DNA from: an uncultured Candidatus Rokubacteria bacterium
GTDB taxonomy: Bacteria > Methylomirabilota > Methylomirabilia > Rokubacteriales > CSP1-6
NCBI GenBank assembly: GCA_963762145.1
Contig: CAVXJS010000009.1
Coordinates: 480,001 to 544,000, forward strand
Reading direction: 5' to 3'
Length of the DNA: 64,000 bases
Shown: one piece after another, positions 1 through 9,561 of the stretch
How the letters are laid out: every line of letters begins with the position of its first letter
Numbering within the stretch: the first letter of the stretch is position 1
Notes under the pieces: model-generated
Database searches by the model: none
Seen by the model: only the letters and a program-made list of their open reading frames with translations
Told to the model about the DNA's origin: nothing
Translations under genes and position numbers: made by a program

Positions 1-443
1 TGATCCACCACCTTCAAGGTGTCGTCGAGGTTGATGCTGCTCTCCGCGATGATGTCGGGCATCGTGGCCAGACCGGTCTGGCAGATGTGGAGGAACGGAA
101 TCACCTCGGTGTGGCAGTGGGGCAGGATGTGGCGGGGAAACCCCGCGAAGGTGGCCGCCCCCGCGCTGCCCGCGTCCACGATCGTGGTCACGCCCGAGTA
201 GACGCCGCCCAGGTCCGGGTTCACCCCGGTGCGGCTGATCCCCTCGAAGACGTGGGCGTGCAGGTCGATCAGGCCCGGCACCACGGTGCGCCCCCGGACG
301 TCGATGGTGCGCGCGGCCTCGGTCTCCGCGATGTCGGGGGCGATGCGCGCGATGGCGCCCCCCTGCACCGCCACGTCCTGCTTGCCGTCGAGCTTCGTGG
401 AAGGATCGAGCACGGTGCCGCCCTTGAGCAGGAGGTCGTACAT
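1..443 (-). CDS. Amidohydrolase/deacetylase family metallohydrolase (dihydroorotase-like), truncated by window edge
   Basis: Not in ORF track. Manual translation: MYDLLLKGGTVLDPSTKLDGKQDVAV...PGLIDLHAHVF...GVTTIVDAGSAG, containing the amidohydrolase HxH metal motif. Confidence 0.85.
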   Translation of the reverse strand, partial: MYDLLLKGGTVLDPSTKLDGKQDVAVQGGAIARIAPDIAETEAARTIDVRGRTVVPGLIDLHAHVFEGISRTGVNPDLGGVYSGVTTIVDAGSAGAATFAGFPRHILPHCHTEVIPFLHICQTGLATMPDIIAESSINLDDTLKVVD

Positions 444-457
444 GAGGTCTCCGATCG

Positions 458-2413
458 TCAGCGAGTGAAGTGGTCCCAGAAGCGCGCGCCCGCGGCGACC
501 GAGAGCGGCACGTCGTCCGCCAGCATGTAGCCCTCGCGCGCCAGCGCCTCCGCGGCCTGCCGCACGCGGTCGAGATACTGCTCGCGGGACGCATAGCGCT
601 CCGCCACGGACAGGCGAGGGTCGCCGGTCGCCTCCCGCTCGGCGCGATCTCGCGCCAGGGGCAGCACGGCTCCCGCGAAGACCAGGAGCTGCTCGGCGCC
701 GCCGATGTCGGGATGCCGCAGGTTCCAGCCGGTGTGCGCGGCCAGTGGCACCGCGATCTCCGGCAGGATGATGCCACCGAGCTCGTTCCCGTCACCGTCC
801 ACCGCGGAGACGAGCGAGCCGAAGGGCTTGCCGGGGGTGGGCGGCAGCGCGCTCCAGTCGAGGCGGCGCGGCCGCGGGTTGTGGCGCGGGTAGCGGGCGG
901 CCGGGATCCGCGAGAAGGCGGCCGCGAGGCGGTCGGGCGGCACCGCGGTGCCGTCCGCCAGGCGCGGGTGACGGCTCGGCGGCGGCTCGATCCCGTCCAC
1001 CACCCAGCGGTCGAGGCTCACCAGGCAGGCGCGCAGCAGCACCGAGTAGTCGGCCACGCCGCGGAGGTTCTGCGAGCGCTCGACCGGCGCGGTCGGGTCG
1101 GCGGGCGCCGGCTGCGAGTCCGTGGGCGGCCAGATGCCGAGACCGTGCTCCGTCCCCGCGAAGTGATAGACGCGGGTGTGGGGCCCGGACGGGACGTCGC
1201 GCGTCCCGTCGGGATCGGTGTGGATCAGCGAGGCGTCGCCCCGGTGATACTCGGCCGAGCTGTTCGTGTAGTAGGCGCGCAGCCGGCTGCCGCGCGCGTC
1301 GAGGCGGGCGTGCAGCGCGTCCTTCGCGCCCGTCTCGGGCTCCGCCTGGGGCTGATCCGTGAACGGGAAGAGATGCGCCATCATGTTGTTGCGGTCCTTG
1401 GAGTGCTGGCCGAACCGCTGGTTGAACTCGCCGCGCATGCCGCCCGCCACGTTGGCGATGACGCCGTCGAGCGCCTCCCGCCCCTGCTCGTCCAGGTTGA
1501 GGTCCTCGTGGATCAGCGTGCGGAGCAGGCGTCCGGTCTGCGAGCGCCCGTAGCCGTAGGCCCAGCGGAGGCGCCCCGGCGCGGGATTGCCCGCCTCGGC
1601 GCCGCCGTGCTTGAGCCAGGCGACGCTGTCGCGCAGCGCAGCCATGGCGAGCCCCTGCACCGGCGCGCCCTCCGCGGTGTAGGTGATCTGGTAGAGCCGC
1701 CCCTTCTCGAAGCCGCCGTCGAGATGGATGTGGCCGGCGTCGGGCACCGCGCGGCCGCCCTCCGCCCGCGCGAAGCGCCAGCGCTCGCGCGGGATCACCG
1801 CGGGCGGCCCGTCGGGCTGGTCGCGCACGGTGAGGAGCGCGTCCCGCTCCTCGAGGTCCGCGGCGGGATAGGGCACGTGGCCGCGGTCGGACAGCAGGAA
1901 GTCGGCCACCGGCCCGGTGGACTGCACCTGGGTGTAGATGCGGCCGCGCAGCGGCCGGCCCTGCGCGTCGCGCGCCTCCGGCGTGCGCATGCCGATGAGC
2001 CCCGGCACGCGCGGCAGGTCGCCCTGCCAGCCGCAGGAGATCACCACCCAGCCGCGCTTCATCAGGAAGCCGTCGCCCACGTCCACGGGCGGATTCGGAT
2101 CCGATCCCGGGCCGAAGACGGGCCGGGTGGCGCGGTTGAAGTTCGGCACCGCCACCGTGTTGCCGCGGTTGACCACGTCGAGGAGCACGCGCCCGCTGCA
2201 CTGCCCCCGATCCACCGGCAGCAGGATGGACACGTCCGAGTCCCACGTCACGCGTCCCTGCGCGTCGCGAGGGGCCAGCTCCACGTCGGTGATGCGGCGA
2301 TTGGCCGCGTGGAGCGGATCGATCGCGAAGTGCAGGCGTCCCTTCAGCTCTTCGTAGCCGGGGAAGCCGTTGAGCGGACGCCGCAGCGTGATCTCGAATC
2401 GCGTGACGGGCAT
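458..2413 (-). CDS. Alpha/beta hydrolase domain-containing protein (Abhydrolase_10-like)
   Basis: 651 aa ORF with family-typical segments DVVNRGN, GWQGD, GRSQTGR and DGDGNELGGI; sits in operon position. Confidence 0.75.
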   Translation of the reverse strand: MPVTRFEITLRRPLNGFPGYEELKGRLHFAIDPLHAANRRITDVELAPRDAQGRVTWDSDVSILLPVDRGQCSGRVLLDVVNRGNTVAVPNFNRATRPVFGPGSDPNPPVDVGDGFLMKRGWVVISCGWQGDLPRVPGLIGMRTPEARDAQGRPLRGRIYTQVQSTGPVADFLLSDRGHVPYPAADLEERDALLTVRDQPDGPPAVIPRERWRFARAEGGRAVPDAGHIHLDGGFEKGRLYQITYTAEGAPVQGLAMAALRDSVAWLKHGGAEAGNPAPGRLRWAYGYGRSQTGRLLRTLIHEDLNLDEQGREALDGVIANVAGGMRGEFNQRFGQHSKDRNNMMAHLFPFTDQPQAEPETGAKDALHARLDARGSRLRAYYTNSSAEYHRGDASLIHTDPDGTRDVPSGPHTRVYHFAGTEHGLGIWPPTDSQPAPADPTAPVERSQNLRGVADYSVLLRACLVSLDRWVVDGIEPPPSRHPRLADGTAVPPDRLAAAFSRIPAARYPRHNPRPRRLDWSALPPTPGKPFGSLVSAVDGDGNELGGIILPEIAVPLAAHTGWNLRHPDIGGAEQLLVFAGAVLPLARDRAEREATGDPRLSVAERYASREQYLDRVRQAAEALAREGYMLADDVPLSVAAGARFWDHFTR

Positions 2414-2434
2414 GGGATGACCTCGCGGAGCGGG

Positions 2435-4253
2435 CTAGAGGCCGAGCGCGCCGAGGCGCTCCGCGCGTCGGCACCCCGTCGCGGTCCCAGCCGCGCAGGG
2501 CGTAGTAACGATCGAGCATGCGGCCCAGCTCCTCGGGCGGGCAGTAGGCGCCCGCGGAGGGACCCTCGGGAATGGGCTCGTGCATCACGCGCCACGGCAG
2601 CGCGTCGTCCTTCCGGCGCACGCCCTCACGCACGTTGAAGAGCCGCTCCAGGTTGATCACGCGCTCCCCCACCCGCTCGAGCTCGTCCACCGTGACGTCG
2701 AAGCCGGTGACCGCGCTGACCATCCGGGCGTACGGCTCCTCGATGTAGACGCCGAAGCCGCGCTCCGAGGTGAATCGGCAGAGGACGAGGGAGTCGTCCA
2801 GCGCGGTGAAGTGCTGGCTGCGCACCGCGAACTCCGGCTTGCCCTCCGGGCTGCGCCGATCGTAGTTCTGCGCGTACTGGGGCGTGGGGCGCGTGTCGTG
2901 GTGGCTGCCCCCGCGGGTGGCGGTGGCGTAGCCGATGGACATCCCCTTGAGCGCCCGCGCCGAGTGGGCGGGCAGCTCGAGGCGCTTGACCGCGTAGACG
3001 AGGCGGGTGCCCTCGGCGTGCACGGACTCGGCGAGGCGCCAGCCGCCCTCGGCGAGCCGGTCGCCGAAGCCCTCCCGCGCCGCGGTCATCTCGATGAGCT
3101 TCAGCATGCCGCGCCAGTCGCCCCAGCCGAAGGGCAGGCCCACCTCCGACTCGCGGAGCCAGCCCCGCTCGAGCGCCTCGCACACGAAGGCCAGCGTGAC
3201 GCCCATGCTGATCGTGTCGAGCCCGAGCAGATCGCAGAGATCGTTGGCCCGCGCGAGCGAGGCCGCGTGGCTGTTGCCGAGCATGGAGCCGAACGCGAAG
3301 ATCGTCTCGTACTCCGGCATCTTCGCCTTGAGGCCGGCCAGCTCGCCCTCGCGGATCTCATACTGCTTCCCGCAGGCCACCGGGCACTTGAGACACGTGG
3401 TGTCCTTGTCGTGGAAGTGCGCGTGCATCTCCTCGCCCGAGATCGCCACCGCGTCCGCGAAGACTTCCCCGCGCAGGTTGTAGGAGCCGAGCGCGCCGAG
3501 GGTGTTGATCGGCTTCACCAGGAACGGCGTCCCGTAGGTCGAGAGCGCCTTGGTGCCGGTCTTGAGCGGCTCGCGCTGCTGCTCGAGCAGCGCCTTCAGC
3601 GCGGGGGGGTCGGCCACCTCGGTCTTGCGCGAGCCCGCGACGACCACCGCCTTGACCCGCTTGCTGCCGAGCACCGCGGCGAGCCCGCCGCGGCCCGCGA
3701 AGGCCTCGCGATTCTTCCAGTAGGTCCCCATCGCCGCGAAGCGCACGAGGTTCTCGCCGCCGGGCCCGATGGCCATCGCGTCCACGTCGCCGCCCTCGGC
3801 CGCGTGGATGGCGGCCACCGTGTCGCGCGTGGTCCGGCCCCAGAGCCCCCGCGCCGGCCTGAGCTCGGCGCCCGCCTCGGTGATCTTGACGTACACCGGC
3901 TCCGCGGCGCGGCCGGTGATCACGATGGCGTCGAAGCCGGTGCGCTTCATGGTGGCGGGCCAGCGGCCCCCGAACGTCGAGTCGAAGAAGAGACCGGTGA
4001 GCGGCGACTTCCCGGCCACGCAGGCGCGGCTGTTGCCGGGCACCGTGGTGTCGGTGATCGGGCCCACCGCGAAGACCACCGCGCTGGCGGGATCGTAGGC
4101 GTCCACGCCCGCCGGCACGTGATCGAGCATGATGCGGGCCGCGAAGCCGTTGCCGCCCAGCAGGCTCCGCGCCATCTCCGGGGAGACGGACTCGACGCGG
4201 CTCCGGCCGTCGGTGACGTCCACGAACAGGATCCGGCCGCCGTAGCCTCGCAT
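2435..4253 (-). CDS. Aldehyde:ferredoxin oxidoreductase family protein (tungsten/molybdenum)
   Basis: AOR motifs LGGNGF, KSPLTG, GRGGLAAVLGSKRVKA, CxxCPVACGK, EYET, DxxGLDTIS, ERLFNVREG and YYALRGWD. A 1-nt indel near 2460 makes the ORF run on to 792; the true stop is TAG at 2435 (DGVPTRERLGALGL*). Confidence 0.9.
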
Positions 4254-4297
4254 GGGCGCCCATTTTAGAGAGATTGAGAGGCGGTTACAATGACCGG

Positions 4298-4834
4298 GTG
4301 GACGATCTGCTCGCCGCCGCGCTGGGCCAGATGACCGTGCTCGACGAGGCCGGCACCGGGACCTCGCTGGGCTCCTTCTGGGTCAAGCGGCCGATCGTAC
4401 TCGCCTTCGTCCGTCATCTGGGCTGCATCTTCTGCCGCCAGCAGGTCGCCGGGCTCTCGAAGCGGGTGCCGGAGATCGAGCGGCGCGGCGGCCTGCTCGT
4501 GGTGGTGGCGCCCTCCAGGACCGAGCACATCGCGGGCTTCCGCCAGAGCACCGGCTACAAGGGCGCGCTCTTCGTGGATCCCACCCTGCGCGCATTCAGG
4601 GCCGCGGGCCTCGTGCGCGGGCGGGCCAGCACCTATCACCCGCTCGCGATGCTCCGCGGCATCGGCGCGATGGTGCGGGGCTTCCGCCAGGTCGGCCGGC
4701 ACGGCGATATCGTGCAGCAGGGCGGCACCTTCGTGCTGGGACCGGGAAACCGGGTGCGATACGAATGGCGCGACCGCTACGCGGGGCACCACCCGGACCT
4801 CGACGAGGTCGTGAAGGCGCTCCCCTCACCCTAG
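4298..4834 (+). CDS. Peroxiredoxin-like family protein (AhpC/TSA_2, PRXL2-like)
   Basis: FVRHLGCIFCR CxxC motif and QQGGTFVLGPG. GTG start chosen 6 nt after TACAAT. Confidence 0.85.
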   Translation: MDDLLAAALGQMTVLDEAGTGTSLGSFWVKRPIVLAFVRHLGCIFCRQQVAGLSKRVPEIERRGGLLVVVAPSRTEHIAGFRQSTGYKGALFVDPTLRAFRAAGLVRGRASTYHPLAMLRGIGAMVRGFRQVGRHGDIVQQGGTFVLGPGNRVRYEWRDRYAGHHPDLDEVVKALPSP

Positions 4835-4901
4835 CCCTCTCCCCAGAGGGGAGAGGGGACCACGAGAACCCTCTCCCTTGAGGGAGAGGGCAGGGTGAGG
4901 G
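4824..4901. repeat. REP-like palindromic element (CCCTCACCC..CCCTCTCCC...GGGAGAGGG family), probable bidirectional terminator
   Basis: Two CCCTCTCCC-N-GGGAGAGGG hairpins enclosed by CCCTCACCCT/AGGGTGAGGG, located between convergent genes. Confidence 0.75.
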
Positions 4902-4905
4902 TGGT

Positions 4906-7899
4906 CTAGCTGGCGCCCAGGCCGCGCAGCCCGCGGCGCGCCGCTTCCGCCAGGTCGGGCTCGACCCCGTTGATCGCGAGCAGCTTGCGGTACACGATCA
5001 CCGCCGCGGCGTTCTGCTTGAGCGTGGCGAAGGCCTGACCGGCGCCGACCAGCGCGCGGCGGGCCCACGCCGAATCGGCGTTGAGATAGGCCGCGGTCAT
5101 GTACATGTCGGCGGCCTCCTGGGCCTTGCCCGCGGTGCGATATCCCTCGCCGAGCCGGTAGGCGGCCTCCGCGGCCACCGCGCCGTCGCCGGCGTCGAGG
5201 GCCTCCTCGAGCCGGCCGCGACCCTCGTCCCACTTGCCGTCGGCCACCAGCAGCCGCCCCTGCCCCAGCAGGCCGAACGCCTTCTCCTTCGGGCTCCCCG
5301 CCGCGGCGGCCGCGCGCGTGTAGGTGTCGAGGGCCGCGGCGCGATCACCGGTGGCCTCCTGGGCCTCCGCCATCAGCATGGTGCCGCGCGGGGTCGGGGC
5401 CGGCGCGGCCGCGCCTCCCGCGGCGGGCTCGAGCGCGCGGCGCGCCTCCGCGGCGGCGCCGGTGCGCAGCAGGGCCTCCGCGTAGCCGAGCCGGTTGGCG
5501 CCGGTGGTGGCGCTGCCCGGGAAGCGCTCGCCGAGCTTGGCGTACATCTCGCGCGAGAGCGTCCACTGCTCCCCCTGGCTCGCCGCCGTCGCGAGCGTGG
5601 TCAGCGCGACCTGGGTGCCCTCGTAGCGCGGGAACTGGTCGGCGAGCCGCAGGGTGAGCGTCTTCGCTTCGGGCCAGCGCTTCTCCTCCGCCGCCACCGC
5701 GGCCAGCCCGTGGAGGAGGCGCGGCGTGGTGATCGGGTCCACCGCGCCCGCGACGATCGGCGTCGCGGCTTGCTTGAACTCGTCGAGCCGGCGCTGGTTG
5801 AACAGCACCGCGGCGAGGCCGTAGCTCGCGGCGGCCGACACCGGCCCGGTGGTCGCGTCGCGCGCCTGCACGTAGTCCCGCACCGCCGCGTCCCACTGCT
5901 GGCGCGCGAAGTCCGCGTTCCCCATCCCGAGGTAGGCGACCCCGGTCTCGCCGAGGCCCTGCGCGGCCTGGAAGTCGCGCTCCGCCTCCGCGGGCTTGCC
6001 GGTGGCCAGGAGCGCCGCGCCGCGCGTGACGCGCGCCCGCCCCACGTAGGGCGAGACCGGCCCGCGGGCCACGATGCGGCCCAGCTCGGGCAGCGCGTCG
6101 GCGGCGCGACCGCCGCGCACCGCGAGGATCGCGCGGTTCAGCACCGCCACCTCCGTGTACGGGCTATTCGGGTAGCGATCCACCACCTGATCGAGCAGGG
6201 TCTGCGCCCCCGCGAAATCTCCCGCGCGCCCGGCCAGCTCCGCCGCGAGCACGAGGGCCTCGGGCGCGCGCGGGTCGCTCTGCGCCTCCTGCGCGTAGCG
6301 CGTCCAGCGCTGGCGCGCCGCGTCGGGCTTGCCGCTCTGCACCTCGGCCCAGCCCAGCGCGAGGCTCGCCGCCGGCGCCTGCGGATAGCTGGGATACCCC
6401 GACAGGAACCCGCTGTAGGACGTGACGGCCTGGCCGTAGTCCCGCGCCCAGTAGGCGGCCTCGCCGCCCAGCACGAGGGCGGCGGCCCGGATCTCGGCGG
6501 GCGCCGCGGTGTCGGCGACGAGCTTGCGTGCCCCGTCGCGCGCCTTGGCGAACTCGCGCGTGTCGAAATCGATCTGGGCGAGCCGCAGCGCGGTGTAGGC
6601 GGCCAGCGCGGGCGAGCCGGGCGTGGCGCGGACGAGCTCGAACCGATCCCGCGCCTCGGCGACCTGTCCGCTCGCCCGGCTCGCCTCCGCGCTCAGCATC
6701 AGCACGTAGGAGCGCGTGGCGGGATCGAGCGTGCGCGCGAGCAGCTCGTCGTTGATCTCGCGCGCCTCGTCGAAGCGCCCCTTCTCGGTGGCCCAGCGGC
6801 TGATCAGGAGGCGCACCGGCACCACGAGCGGGCTGTTCCGGTCCATCGCCTCGAGCTTCTTGGCCTCCTCGCGGGCGGCCGGATAGTCATCGAGGTCGAG
6901 CAGGGCCTGCACGAGCCCGGCCCGGGCCCAGACCGCCTCGCGCGATTTCGGATAGGCCGAGAGCAGGCCGCGATAGGCCTTCGCGGCCTCGAGCGGCTGG
7001 CCGGCGGCCCGGCTCCACCAGCCCAGACGCAGGAGCCCGTTGTCGATCAGCACCTGCGGTCCGCCGGAGACGAACGTCTGCAGGCGCTGGACCGCGCCCG
7101 CGTGATCCCCGAGGCGGCCGAGCGTGTCCCCGAGCCAGAACGTGCCTTCCCACGCCACCGCGCGCGGGGCGCTCTGATTGAGCAGGCCGACCCAGGTGTC
7201 GCGCGCCTCCGGGTAGCGCTTGAGCCCGTACAGCGCGAGCCCGCGGCCGTGGCGCGCGTAAGGGATGATGGCGGGCGGCGCGCCGGATTTGAGCAGGGCA
7301 TCGAAGGAGTTGAGCGCGCGGTCCGGCTTGCTCAGCTCGAGCGAGATCCAGCCGAGCTGGTGCGCGGCGTAGAGACCGAGCTCGCCGCGCGGATCGTCCT
7401 GCTGCACCTGCAGCATCAGACGCTCCGCCTCGGCCGGCTTGTTGAGCCGGACCAGCGTCTCGCCGAGCCAGTAGCGCGCCTCGCGGATCTGCGCGCGCTC
7501 TCTGGTCGACTGCACGGCCTTCTCGAGCGCGACGCGGGCTTCCTCCAGCTCGTTGCGCTGATAGCGGGCGCGCCCGCACTCGATCAGCTCGGAGGCCACG
7601 CCGAGCAGGCTGCCCACCGGGTTGCAGGCCAGGAAGCGTGGCGGGGCCAGCGGGGCCACCGGGCGCTCGCCGAGGTGACCCACCATCGGGGCGGGCGGCA
7701 GCTCGGGCATCCCCTGCGGCGCGGGCGGCAGCGGCACTGCGGGCAGCGGGACCGGCGGCTTGTCGAGCGCGGGAACCGCCAGCGGCACCAGCGCCGCGAC
7801 GTCGGGTGCCGGCAGCGTCAGGGTGATCTCGGCGTGCGCGGGGGCGCCGCCCAGCCCGGCCAGTAGCGCAGCCACCAGGAGTACGCGCGACCTGATCAC
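4906..7899 (-). CDS. Large exported tetratricopeptide-repeat protein (~997 aa)
   Basis: GTG start overlaps the upstream stop (GTGA). Signal peptide RSRVLLVAALLAGLGGAPAHA, Pro-rich linker, many TPR helices ending in YP. Confidence 0.85.
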   Translation of the reverse strand: MIRSRVLLVAALLAGLGGAPAHAEITLTLPAPDVAALVPLAVPALDKPPVPLPAVPLPPAPQGMPELPPAPMVGHLGERPVAPLAPPRFLACNPVGSLLGVASELIECGRARYQRNELEEARVALEKAVQSTRERAQIREARYWLGETLVRLNKPAEAERLMLQVQQDDPRGELGLYAAHQLGWISLELSKPDRALNSFDALLKSGAPPAIIPYARHGRGLALYGLKRYPEARDTWVGLLNQSAPRAVAWEGTFWLGDTLGRLGDHAGAVQRLQTFVSGGPQVLIDNGLLRLGWWSRAAGQPLEAAKAYRGLLSAYPKSREAVWARAGLVQALLDLDDYPAAREEAKKLEAMDRNSPLVVPVRLLISRWATEKGRFDEAREINDELLARTLDPATRSYVLMLSAEASRASGQVAEARDRFELVRATPGSPALAAYTALRLAQIDFDTREFAKARDGARKLVADTAAPAEIRAAALVLGGEAAYWARDYGQAVTSYSGFLSGYPSYPQAPAASLALGWAEVQSGKPDAARQRWTRYAQEAQSDPRAPEALVLAAELAGRAGDFAGAQTLLDQVVDRYPNSPYTEVAVLNRAILAVRGGRAADALPELGRIVARGPVSPYVGRARVTRGAALLATGKPAEAERDFQAAQGLGETGVAYLGMGNADFARQQWDAAVRDYVQARDATTGPVSAAASYGLAAVLFNQRRLDEFKQAATPIVAGAVDPITTPRLLHGLAAVAAEEKRWPEAKTLTLRLADQFPRYEGTQVALTTLATAASQGEQWTLSREMYAKLGERFPGSATTGANRLGYAEALLRTGAAAEARRALEPAAGGAAAPAPTPRGTMLMAEAQEATGDRAAALDTYTRAAAAAGSPKEKAFGLLGQGRLLVADGKWDEGRGRLEEALDAGDGAVAAEAAYRLGEGYRTAGKAQEAADMYMTAAYLNADSAWARRALVGAGQAFATLKQNAAAVIVYRKLLAINGVEPDLAEAARRGLRGLGAS

Positions 7900-9323
7900 T
7901 TGGTGCCTCCGGGCGCCTTCTTGGGGGTCGCCGGCTCGGGGGCCGCCTTCTTGGGCGCGGCCTTCTCCGCCGGCGCGGGCTCGGCCCGGGCCGCCGCGTT
8001 GACCGCGGCGAGCCGCTCCTTCGCCCAGGACGCGAGCGTCTTGTCCGGGCTCTTGGCCGCCACCTCCTCGTAGAGCTTCGCGGCCGCCCCGTACTGCTTC
8101 TGCTCCTCGTGCGCCAGGCCGGTGCCGGCCAGCGCGCGGAAGCGCATGGCGGGGTCGAGGGCGGGCGCCTCCGCGGCCGACTTGAAGGCGGTGATCGCGG
8201 CGGCGTGGCGGCGCTGCTTGAGCTCGCTCTCGCCCAGCAGCACGAAGGCCTCGCCGCGCACCGCGTCCTCCGGGCTGCGGGAGGCCGCGCGCGCCAGGGT
8301 GGAGGCGTCCTTGTAGCTGTTCTTGGCGAAGGCGGACTGGGCCATCTCGAGCGAGACGCGGCCGCTCAGCGGGTGATCGGGGAAGTCCTTGCGCAGCTTG
8401 GCCCACGCGGCGTCGGCGTCGCGCGGCCGCCCGATCTTGCTCGCCACGACGCCCGCGTCGTAGAGGCTCTCGGCGCTGGCGGGCTGCGACGCGAGGACCT
8501 TGTACTCCTCGGCCAGCTCGTCCTTCTTGCCCTGGCGCACGAGCGTGTCCACGATGTTCCGGCGCGCGCCGGCCGTCAGGTCGTTATTCGGATAGGCCTT
8601 GGCGAACGCACGCAGCTCGGCCACCCCCTCGTCGGTCTGCCCGCTCGCGATCAGGGCCTGGCCCAGCGTGTAGCGCGCGTCGGGCAGCAGCCGGTGATCG
8701 GTGTACTTGGCCACGAAGCCGCGGAGGAGCCCCACCGCCTCCTCCGCCCGCTTGAGCTCGAGGAGGGTGCGGGCCAGATAGAAGGTCGCGGACGAGACGT
8801 TGGCGTGCTCGGGATAGCTCGAGAGGATGCGCCGGAACTCGGTGACGGCCTGCTCGCGCCGCTTGAGCTCGAGATTCACCCAGGCGAGCCCGTAGACGGC
8901 GTCGGGGGCGCTGGGCGAGCTCGGGCTGTCGGCGAGGATCTTGTCGTAGATGGCCCGCGCCTCCGGGAAGCGCTTCATGCGGAACAGCGTCTCCCCCTCC
9001 CAGAAGCGGGCCTCTTCGGGCCGGCCGGGCGGAGGCGAGAAGGTCTGGGCCTTCCGGAATGCCTGCAGTGCCGCCTCGTGCTGCCCCTGGGAGAGGCGCA
9101 CCTTGCCGAGCAGAAGTGTGGCGTCGGGGATGCGCCCGTCAGTCGGGTAGCGCTCGACCAGACGCTCGAGCATGCGGCTCGACACCCCGTAGAGGCCGTC
9201 CTGGAAGGCCCGGTCGCCGACGGTCCACAGCCGCTCCGGCTCTCCGACCGCAAGCGCGAGCGACGGCCAGGCCACCAGCACGCCGAGCGCCGAGATAAAG
9301 ACGCGTAGCGCCGTGGGTTTCAT
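7896..9323 (-). CDS. Exported TPR protein (BamD/YbgF-like repeats)
   Basis: 475 aa, signal peptide ending ALA, repeated TPR motifs, Lys/Ala/Pro-rich tail. Confidence 0.85.
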   Translation of the reverse strand: MKPTALRVFISALGVLVAWPSLALAVGEPERLWTVGDRAFQDGLYGVSSRMLERLVERYPTDGRIPDATLLLGKVRLSQGQHEAALQAFRKAQTFSPPPGRPEEARFWEGETLFRMKRFPEARAIYDKILADSPSSPSAPDAVYGLAWVNLELKRREQAVTEFRRILSSYPEHANVSSATFYLARTLLELKRAEEAVGLLRGFVAKYTDHRLLPDARYTLGQALIASGQTDEGVAELRAFAKAYPNNDLTAGARRNIVDTLVRQGKKDELAEEYKVLASQPASAESLYDAGVVASKIGRPRDADAAWAKLRKDFPDHPLSGRVSLEMAQSAFAKNSYKDASTLARAASRSPEDAVRGEAFVLLGESELKQRRHAAAITAFKSAAEAPALDPAMRFRALAGTGLAHEEQKQYGAAAKLYEEVAAKSPDKTLASWAKERLAAVNAAARAEPAPAEKAAPKKAAPEPATPKKAPGGTK

Positions 9324-9561
9324 GGCAATGAACCCACGCTACCACGAAACCCAAGCCCCTACCGCATCCGGAGACAGGGGGGCGAGGGCCCGGACTTCGT
9401 CTTGTCCAACCGTCCGGCTCGTTGCAGCTTCCTGGTATCCTCTGCCATGGCCGGTTGCCGTAAGCGTCCCGCCCGAGGATGATGGTCTACCTTCCCAGTC
9501 ACTCCCGAGAGACAAAGCGTCGGCTCCCGGACGGGCCCGAACCGTCCTCCCGAGCGCCTGA

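Noticed and set aside
792-4253. 1153-aa AOR fusion protein
   Set aside because: An indel near 2460 causes read-through into a shadow frame of the next gene
9324-9561. Possible ncRNA or riboswitch in the divergent intergenic region
   Set aside because: No recognisable family motif or convincing long stem by eye; would need an Rfam scan
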